This document shows, piece after piece, positions 43,266 through 50,740 of a stretch of DNA of 64,000 nt (its first letter is position 1; every line of letters starts with the position of its first letter). Source of the stretch: an uncultured Planctomycetaceae bacterium. GTDB lineage: Bacteria; Planctomycetota; Planctomycetia; Planctomycetales; Planctomycetaceae. The notes under the pieces are model-generated. The model searched no databases. It saw only the letters and a program-made list of their open reading frames with translations, and was not told the origin of the DNA. The translations under genes were made by a program, and so were the position numbers. The stretch is taken from contig CAWFGE010000015.1 of assembly GCA_963815195.1 (NCBI GenBank), positions 96,001-160,000 on the forward strand, in the 5' to 3' direction.

Positions 43266-43560
43266 CGGCTTCCCTCCGAGAAAGAATATCCCGAAAGGTA
43301 GTCACCAAATCCTGGAGCGCGTCCGGGGTCAGACAGGAAGTTTTTTGGGGAGGAGCGGTGGAAAGGTTCGTGCTGCTGACGTCGATGTAGGTCATCTCGT
43401 CAGGAAAAATCTCGACTTGATAATACTGACGATAACCTGGCAGGCGGGCTAAGCCGAACAAATCAAATGTTCGGCCATAAAGCGGATGGGCCGGATCGAT
43501 GACGGTGATCTCACCGCGCGATAACTGAGTGACCAGAGGTGTCTTGTGATGGTCGGACCT
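43159..43560 (-). CDS. Accessory ORF (resembles Y4bD/DUF5372-type) lacking its own start codon in the integrated state
   Basis: ITVIDPAHPLYGRTF motif; frame open from the junction; stop overlaps the recombinase ATG. Confidence 0.6.
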   Translation of the reverse strand, partial: RSDHHKTPLVTQLSRGEITVIDPAHPLYGRTFDLFGLARLPGYRQYYQVEIFPDEMTYIDVSSTNLSTAPPQKTSCLTPDALQDLVTTFRDILSRREADVTHCHGPGVEPSDSSRAAADHPANRRHSNGGTGA

Positions 43561-43919
43561 TTCCCGTCCCCGGTTGGCCGAGAAAACACACATTGAAATG
43601 CTGGGCAATCCACTCCCCGCGGGCCAACTCCAAAATCGTTTGTTTGTGGAGGCCGGGCACCGCTTGGAAGTCGTAATCCTCCAGTCCCTTCTCCACCGGA
43701 AAGTTCGCATTGCGGAATCCGGCTGTTCAAGGCATTGGTCTGCCGGGCCGCGACCTCCAGTTCGGTCAACCGGAGCAGGTACTGCTCGAAGGTCTGGTTC
43801 GAGGCACTCGCTTCGCGGGCCAACTTCTCGTACTCGGCCAGGATTGTCGGCAGCCGGAGTTGCTTGAGGTTGGCCTTGAGGAGCATCTGGTTGGCATCGT
43901 GTTTCGGGTTCGGGGACAT
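43559..43919 (-). pseudogene. istB: IstB 5' half (to Walker A), frameshift near 43715
   Basis: LKANLKQLRLPT..YLLRLTELE; FPVEKGLEDYDF; NVCFLGQPGTGK. Confidence 0.85.
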
Positions 43920-45365
43920 AATCGGAATCTCCTTGGAAGGAGGACAGGAACTGGTCAAAATGGCTCAAGCTCGGACAGGGAACTTGAACCGACAACACGC
44001 CGGGGTGTTCGCACTCGATCGGAGTGGAAATGCCCTCGGACGATGTTTCCGACAGGCGGAGGGCGGAGGCTTCCACGCGGCGAATGATGCGATCGGCATC
44101 GGCTCCTTCGGGGCCGCGAAGTTGCTCGATCGCCGCCTGCACGCGCGAGAGCGGATGCTCGGCCAGCAACTGCAGCACCCGCACGAATTGCCGCACGCCC
44201 GCGTGGGGACCGTGCCGCCTTTCCAAACGCTCGCGGAGTTCGCCGAACACGGCGGGCAGCTTCCAATCGCGATACACGTTCGCATGATCCAAAGCCGCCG
44301 GGCGACGCGTTAATGTGGTCAAATAGTGCAAAGGATCCAGCACATCATCGCCCGCGTGATAGCTCCGTTCATGGACGGCGATGACGGTTTCGTTCAGCAC
44401 AATCTCGACACGATCCACATAGCCTTTGACCGTCACCGTTTGAAACGCGGCGTGGCGAGGCACGCTGTAGTTCACATTGTCGAACCGCGCGAACTGATAC
44501 TTGTTGACCTTCGCCGATTGCCGGATGCAGGGATCAAACCGCGGCACGGGAAGCGGAGCGGATCGCTGTTTTTCCTCCGCGAAGCGTTCCCCGATCGTTT
44601 GCGTCTGGCCGCTGCTGCAGCGAGTCGTGTTCCTTCAAGCAACACTCGCGAAGATAAGCATTGAACTCTTCCATGTCCTTCACGCGAGGCACCGGCGTGG
44701 ACCATTTCCGCTCCAACGTCTTCACGCGGTTTTCCACCACCGGCTTTTCATTGCCCCGCGCGGGCATGCAGAACAGCGGATCGAACACGTAATGACTGGC
44801 GAGCGCCTGGTAACGCGGATTGATCTTCCGCGAACGCCCGGTCAATAACTCGGTGGCCACGGTCGTCGGATTGTCCCACCAGACTTCTTCCGGCACGCAG
44901 CCGAAAAAATCAAACGCCTGCGTCATGCCCTCCAAGATCGCTTCGGTTCGCTGCGTCGGCAGCGCCACCGCGAACGGAGCGTTGGAGTACGACCAGACCA
45001 GGATCAGCACGTTGACCTTCCGGCGGCCGTCGGGGAAGTCCACCGAAATCTCGCCAAAGTCGGCTTCGATTCGCTGGCCGGGCCGATGATCCAAGGGGAT
45101 GAACGTCTCGGCATGGTTTTTCCGATGCCGATTCACGAACCGCCGCACGGCATCATAGCCGCCCGTGTATCCGTCTTCGTCCCGGATCCGCTCGAAGATC
45201 CGCATCCGCGTATGCCGCTGCTTGGGCGGCGCGGATTCATCCTCTTTGAGAATCTCCAGGATGCGATCGTGAAACCGTCCCAATTGGGGAGCCGCTTGCT
45301 GCCGCCGTAAGGCGTCGGCTCGCCCGCGCCTCGCAAGACCTCACGAATCTTTTTTCGCGAGTGAT
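43900..45365 (-). pseudogene. istA: IstA transposase, 5'-truncated and frameshifted
   Basis: HSRKKIR, PGQRIEADFG, VWWDN, GNEKPVVE, RFDNVNYSVP, HERSY. Confidence 0.85.
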
Positions 45366-45479
45366 GAGTTTCGCTGCCGCCAACTTGCGAAGCTCGCCAT
45401 AAACCAGCGGCAGCAGTTGCTCCGCCAACGAGGGATCGCCGGATTGGATTTGCGAGAGGATTCGGGTGACGTCCGACAA
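45366..45479 (-). pseudogene. ECF sigma factor N-terminal fragment fused to istA remnant
   Basis: SDVTRILSQIQSGDPSLAEQLLPLVYGELRKLAAAKL, typical planctomycete ECF start. Confidence 0.75.
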
Positions 45480-45779
45480 GAGAATGGCCTTGAAAGAGGT
45501 GCAAACCAGCACCAGTATAGCATCTCTCCAAAAGGAACACCCGCATCAATTCCAAGCCTCGCGATGCAGGAATGCATCAAAAACAATGGAAGAATTCAAC
45601 GGGACGCCACCAAGTTCACTAGCGCGAGGATCGGCATTGCCCTCCCCGCCCACGGTTGAATGTCCCTACGGGTGTTTCACTCAGATCGCACCAAAAGTGG
45701 AAAACGAATAACCCGCGGGTCCAGAGGGCCTGCAATTCTGGTTCGCCAGTTTGAACGATTCGGGGAAGTGGCCCCCAAG

Positions 45780-45952
45780 CCTGCACCCGCTGACCCTCAA
45801 ATTCCCCATCCCACAACCTCTCCCGACACGCCCTCAGCTGGTTTTTCCACCACGCAAATTGGCGAACTGGTCTTCGTCCCTCAGAAACGGTTCGCCTAAT
45901 CCGTCAGGCTGGCCAACCGAACGCGACACGGGCTAACGTCACGCCACGTGCG
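45780..45952 (+). repeat. Dispersed repeat, copy A
   Basis: Core ggctggccaaccgaacgcgacac...acgccacgtg, also at 50617-50674 and 55976-56120 (both reverse). Confidence 0.7.
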
Positions 45953-45963
45953 ACCGTGAAGAT

Positions 45964-46202
45964 TCAAGAAATCGTCGCCCGATACTGAACCTGCTCCAAC
46001 CGGCACGCCACCCGAAGGGAACCGGTCAAAACGTAAGCCCGCGGCGACCACCCAAAGCTGAAAACGCGGAAAAGATTGAATTGCGGCCCCACATCTTCGG
46101 AACACCGCAGTTCGTTGGCGGTGACGTAGAACGGGGAGTACTTCCCCAGGCCCGTCGTTTTCACTTCGATCAGCAGTTCCGATTCATCGATTTCGTTGAA
46201 GC
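45964..46202 (-). pseudogene. DUF3883-like nuclease C-terminal fragment
   Basis: LLIEVKTT..PFYVTANE..LFRVF; 5' part replaced by the CRISPR array. Confidence 0.7.
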
Positions 46203-46237
46203 CGCGATCTGACGTACCCGGAATACGCCGCGATCCC

Positions 46238-46634
46238 GTTTCCGCGGTTGAATGACCGCGGCCCCATTGAAGCAAAACGGCAAATCGGATAGATAAGTTC
46301 AACCTCATCGTTTCCGCGGTTGAATGACCGCGGCCCCATTGAAGCTCGCGCTGAAACCGTTGGTAAATTCCCGTTGGTCCAGTTTCCGCGGTTGAATGAC
46401 CGCGGCCCCATTGAAGCGCCCGCAGCTCCGCCAACATCCGCAGCCCGCGCGTGCGTTTCCGCGGTTGAATGACCGCGGCCCCATTGAAGCGAGTTCCACG
46501 AAGTGGACCGTGGTGGCGCGGATTAACGTTTCCGCGGTTGAATGACCGCGGCCCCATTGAAGCTAACGGTGCTCTAAGTTGTCCTCCCTTAGTCCTATGT
46601 TTCCGCGGTTGAATGACCGCGGCCCCATTGAAGC
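46238..46634 (+). CRISPR. Orphan CRISPR array, 6 identical 36-bp repeats, 5 spacers of 35-37 bp (type I-G/I-U-like repeat)
   Basis: GTTTCCGCGGTTGAATGACCGCGGCCCCATTGAAGC at 46238, 46310, 46382, 46455, 46528, 46599; partial repeat ttgaagc at 46196-46202. Confidence 0.97.
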
Positions 46635-46871
46635 GGGAGTTGTAATGTCCATTGTCCTGTGGTCCGTTGATGGCGTTGTTTGGTAATTGCATCAATCCGT
46701 GATTTGTTCCGGTCGAACGCGAATGGTAGGATGGACAAACTTGAGACTGCGGTCGGGTGGGTCGATTTTCGATACAACGAGTCCATTCTTCCCCGAAAAT
46801 CCTCCGTGTTTTAGAATCCTGTCAGTTTCCCAGATTATTCAAAGCCTCCCTCGATTGCAGGCGCGGCGGTT

Positions 46872-48326
46872 ATGGTCACGAACCAGCTTTTCATTTCCTA
46901 CTCCCACGTGGACCGGGTATTTGTGGATCAACTCGCGGCGAGGTTGACCCAGGCGGGGTTCCGCGTATGGTACGACCAGAATCTAAAAAAGGGCCTGAGT
47001 TGGTCCCGGCAGGTCGAGAACGAATTGAAAGCTTCCACGGTTTTCCTGGTGGTACTGACGCCTTCCAGCGTCGAATCGGAGGCGGTCCGCAACGAAATTC
47101 ACTACGCCAAAGATCTGCCCCAGATGAAGCGGATCATCCCCTTGCTGCGCGAGGACTGCACCGTCCCGTTGCCTTTGATGGGGATTCACTGGATCGAAGG
47201 CCGGGCCGCGTTGGACCCGTTGATGACCGATCTGGTGAGGTCGCTGCAAACGGCCTCATCCGAAGAGGAAGCTGAGGATGAGGTGTTGATGGCGTCCTCT
47301 GGGACGACGGTTTTTGACAAGACGGTTTTCGAGAAGACGGTTCACGTTCCGCAGTTTCATTTCGGGGGGGTTGTTCCGCCGGAGTATTTCATCGGGCGAA
47401 ACGAAGAGTTGGTGGATGCCGAGAGCATTCTGCGCACCGGGCAGAGTTTTCTGTTGGTGGGCGTCCGCCGGGCCGGCAAGACGAGCTTTTGCAAGAAGCT
47501 GATTCACGACATGATGGGCCGGGAATCCAATTCAATGCTGATGAGCTATTTGAATTTGGAGTCCTGTCGCGATCTAACGATCGACACCTTTCTGACTCAT
47601 ACGATCCTCAATATGACGGGGGAAATCGCCCGGCAGGTGTTTCGCTGCAAGCACGTGGAGTTGAACGCCTCGGACTTGTCGAAGGTGCGTCCCGATTTGC
47701 AGGACGACGCGACGTTTCAACAATTCTACCACCTCAATCGCCTCGTCGTGTCGCGCACGCACTTCCGGGAAGACGCCCCCGTGCCACGGTTTCTGCCACA
47801 GGATTTCGTCGGGTTCACGGCGGATCTCTTGGAGATTATTCGGGCGCGCGGCTGGAGTGGGTACGTCATCCTGTACGATGAAGCCAACCATCTGCCTAAG
47901 GGCTTGTCGGTCGAATTGGTGACGGAAAACGTCGAAGCGTTGGACTCGGCCCAACTCACCAGCTTGTACGCGGCCACGCCGGAAATGATGGATTCGTTCT
48001 GCACGCTGGACGATTTGTTCGGCCACCAAATCCACATCGGACCGTTCGATTCGCGCGAGGACATGCTTCGGCTGTTGGCGCGGTACTACCACGGCGACGA
48101 TGCGAGCCTGGACGATCTGCCCATCACCGAAGACGCCCTGGACGCTGTTTGGAACCGTTCGCAAGGCCGGCCGTTTCAGATGCAGTTTTTGCTGGGCTAC
48201 AGCTTCAAACAAGCCCGCCGCGACTTGGCCTGTCTCGTGGTTCGCGAGCACGTGGACCATGCCTGGGAGAAGTTGGTTCGCCAACGTCCCGAATATTTCG
48301 GCCCTCATGCCGCGGGGAACAAGTGA
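46872..48326 (+). CDS. TIR domain + STAND/AAA-type ATPase
   Basis: FISYSH..VWYD..SVES..VRNEI (TIR); FIGRNEEL, GVRRAGKTS, ILYDEA, GRPF. Confidence 0.85.
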   Translation: MVTNQLFISYSHVDRVFVDQLAARLTQAGFRVWYDQNLKKGLSWSRQVENELKASTVFLVVLTPSSVESEAVRNEIHYAKDLPQMKRIIPLLREDCTVPLPLMGIHWIEGRAALDPLMTDLVRSLQTASSEEEAEDEVLMASSGTTVFDKTVFEKTVHVPQFHFGGVVPPEYFIGRNEELVDAESILRTGQSFLLVGVRRAGKTSFCKKLIHDMMGRESNSMLMSYLNLESCRDLTIDTFLTHTILNMTGEIARQVFRCKHVELNASDLSKVRPDLQDDATFQQFYHLNRLVVSRTHFREDAPVPRFLPQDFVGFTADLLEIIRARGWSGYVILYDEANHLPKGLSVELVTENVEALDSAQLTSLYAATPEMMDSFCTLDDLFGHQIHIGPFDSREDMLRLLARYYHGDDASLDDLPITEDALDAVWNRSQGRPFQMQFLLGYSFKQARRDLACLVVREHVDHAWEKLVRQRPEYFGPHAAGNK

Positions 48327-50425
48327 TGGCCACGCTTCGAATTCTCCAAGGCATTTCCAGCGGGACGGTTTATTCGCTATCGCAGGAACGCACGGTCTTG
48401 GGCCGACATCCCGCGTGCCAGATCGTAATCGACAGCGGAGCCGTCAGCCGCCAGCATGCGCAGATTTTGGAGAACCACGGGCATTTTTACCTGGAAGATT
48501 TGCGCAGCCGCAATTGCACTTATCTCAACGGAATCGCCGTCGAAGGCCGCGCGGAGCTGAAGGAAGGCGATACACTGAAAATCTGCGATACAATATTTGC
48601 GTTTTCCGAGAACGGCTCGGATTCGGTGAGCGCCTGCGATCCGCTGAAAGCCGAGTTTCGCCGCTTGGCGGAGATCCTGCCCGAACAGCATGTGCATTAC
48701 ACCGGACCACTCTTGACGGAGATTCAGGCCGACTTGCTCAAGGAAGAATCCGTGGGCCGACCGATTCTGCAGCCTGGGTTTCAGGGGATCGTGGTCTTGG
48801 ATGCCGCCCATCAGCAATCACTCTTGCAAATCGACGCGTTTCTGCGATACGCCTACGTCTGCATTTGCGAGGCGTTCGGTCATAACACCGACACGGCGGC
48901 GTTTCACCCCGAACAGGTGGCTCAAGTTCTCAAAGACGAATCGACTTCGTTGTTCTGCTTCCTCAACGTGCAACGCTTTTCCGAGGAAGACCTCCATCGG
49001 CTGCGCGGGCTGGGCTTTACGCAGTCCCACCATCAGGTGCTTTATTGCGGCCTCAACGATTACATCGCCGGAAAGTCGCTGGCGTTGATCGAGGATCCCG
49101 CCGACGGCCAAAACACCATGACCATCGATTCCCAACTAGGATTCTCCTATCGCACGGGAATCTCTGCCTTCGAAACCGATTCCTCCATACGCATACCGAT
49201 CCGGCAGACGAGAAAGGAGTTTCAGTTCGACATTCAGCAAGTGTTGGATTCGCGGGACGACCTAGAAGGACTGTGCGGCAAAGTGCTGGAAGCCGTGTTT
49301 TCCATGTTTCCGCAATCGACTGAGGGGCGTGTATTCTACCACGATCCCGACGAGAAATCGTTGCAGCCGCTGGCGGTTCGTTCCCGCGACGTCCCTGCCA
49401 CCGCTCCCGCTACGTTCGATTCCGCGCTGGTCCGCGAAGTGGCCGACACGGGAATCGCCAAGCTCGCCCTGCTGCCGCGAGACAATATAAGCGTTTCGAG
49501 TTTCAATGTTCGATCATTGATGTGCGTACCTTTGGTGAGTCCAGAGGGCGGCACGTTGGGCGCGATTCAACTCGAATGTGACGGCATCCGCCAGCGATTC
49601 ACCGAGGATGACTTGCATTTCTTGACGAATGTGGCCAGGCAAACGGCGCTCGCCTTGGAAAACCACCAGTTGCGGCAGCGGCTCCTTCGTTCGAAGGAGT
49701 TCGAGCGGGAGTTGGAATTTGCCCGGGAGATTCAGTTGGGCATGCTGCCGGACGTTCGTCCCTCGATTCCCGGTTACGAAACCTTCGATTACTACGAATC
49801 GTCATTTCAAGTGGGGGGGGACTATTTCGATTACATTCCGCTTCCCAATGGCAACTTCGCCTTGGCCGTGGCGGATGTGGCGGGCCGCGGCGTGCCGGCG
49901 GCATTGATGATGGCCCGCTTGCAATCCTCCGCGCGGATGGCCTTGCTCACGGTCCCCTCGCCTTCGGACGCCATAAGCCGCCTCAACGCCGAGATCGCCT
50001 CACATGGACTGGGCTATCGGTTCGTGACATTTCTGCTGCTCGTATTGGACCCGCAGCAGCATCACGTGACGGTGGTCAACGCGGGGCATCTTTTGCCCCT
50101 GTTGCGCCGGATGAACGAAGTGACGGAGATTGGAAGCGATATGGTGGGAATTCCCTTGGGTGTGTTGCCTGATCAAGAGTTTCAAGAGCAAACCGTCGAA
50201 CTCGCTCCCGGCGATACGCTGCTCCTTTTGACTGACGGCATCACCGAAGCCATGGATCCGGCGCAAAATCTCTATGGCCGCCATCGCTTGATCCGCTACC
50301 TGGCGAACGGGCCAACTTCCGCCCAGGAACTTGTCGAGGGGTTGATCGGCGATTTGGAACGCTTCTGCCCCGGATTTCCGAAATCGGACGATAGCTGCGT
50401 CGTCTGCCTGAGGCGGCTGCCTTGA
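48326..50425 (+). CDS. FHA - unknown insert - GAF - PP2C/SpoIIE phosphatase
   Basis: LGRHP, VSRQHA, SRNCT (FHA); SLMCVPL (GAF); VGGDYFD, ADVAGRG, NAGH, TDG, DD (PP2C); start overlaps upstream stop (TGATG). Confidence 0.88.
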   Translation: MATLRILQGISSGTVYSLSQERTVLGRHPACQIVIDSGAVSRQHAQILENHGHFYLEDLRSRNCTYLNGIAVEGRAELKEGDTLKICDTIFAFSENGSDSVSACDPLKAEFRRLAEILPEQHVHYTGPLLTEIQADLLKEESVGRPILQPGFQGIVVLDAAHQQSLLQIDAFLRYAYVCICEAFGHNTDTAAFHPEQVAQVLKDESTSLFCFLNVQRFSEEDLHRLRGLGFTQSHHQVLYCGLNDYIAGKSLALIEDPADGQNTMTIDSQLGFSYRTGISAFETDSSIRIPIRQTRKEFQFDIQQVLDSRDDLEGLCGKVLEAVFSMFPQSTEGRVFYHDPDEKSLQPLAVRSRDVPATAPATFDSALVREVADTGIAKLALLPRDNISVSSFNVRSLMCVPLVSPEGGTLGAIQLECDGIRQRFTEDDLHFLTNVARQTALALENHQLRQRLLRSKEFERELEFAREIQLGMLPDVRPSIPGYETFDYYESSFQVGGDYFDYIPLPNGNFALAVADVAGRGVPAALMMARLQSSARMALLTVPSPSDAISRLNAEIASHGLGYRFVTFLLLVLDPQQHHVTVVNAGHLLPLLRRMNEVTEIGSDMVGIPLGVLPDQEFQEQTVELAPGDTLLLLTDGITEAMDPAQNLYGRHRLIRYLANGPTSAQELVEGLIGDLERFCPGFPKSDDSCVVCLRRLP

Positions 50426-50616
50426 CCGGAACTTCGCCTCAGAGATTCTTCAGTGGTGCCCCACAGTGCGCAGGGCTGATTGTGTCGAAGTCTGACATTT
50501 CAATCCGCGCGACCCGGGATCGGAAGGATCTCCGTTCATCACAGCGCGACTTCCGACCATCAGACCAAAATCTGAATTTGCAGGATGCCAACGCTGGCCG
50601 ACGTCGGAATTCGCCA

Positions 50617-50674
50617 CACGTGGCGTGTGGTTGGGCCGTGTCGCGTTCGGTGGGCCAGCCGAACGGATAGGGCG
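50617..50674 (-). repeat. Dispersed repeat, copy B
   Basis: Minus strand atccgttcggctggcccaccgaacgcgacacgg...acgccacgtg. Confidence 0.7.
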
Positions 50675-50740
50675 AAATACCAATTGTTTTGACGGGCGAA
50701 GAACAGTTCAGCCAATCGGCGTCTCCATCGCCGGAGCGAT

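Larger units (their letters stand above)
41081..43561 (-). mobile_element. Large-serine-recombinase element (2478 bp plus duplicated AAG core) inserted in istB
   Basis: ctt (AAG on minus) at 41081-41083 and 43559-43561; removal rejoins GGG ACG GGA AAG ACG = GTGKT. Confidence 0.85.
40558..45365 (-). mobile_element. IS21-family element (chimeric, left end deleted, interrupted by a recombinase element)
   Basis: TGT end at 40558 with repeated gcgtcaattag motifs; istB and istA remnants. Confidence 0.8.

Noticed and set aside
43159..44547. 462-aa ORF as one IstA fusion protein
   Set aside because: It strings together the IstA C-terminus, out-of-frame istB and the recombinase element's accessory ORF; continuity depends on the indel near 43715
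46564..46598. Spacer 5 resembling 23S rRNA (taacggt..ctaag)
   Set aside because: Short gapped similarity only, compatible with chance; no spacer match within the window was noticed by eye
40558..46634. CRISPR-associated transposon (IS21 ATPase plus array)
   Set aside because: No Cas effector or TniQ; IS21 is broken and separated from the array by unrelated fragments
45964..46695. 243-aa ORF with repeated LQWGRGHSTAET
   Set aside because: Translation through CRISPR repeats; only the last ~78 aa are a real gene fragment
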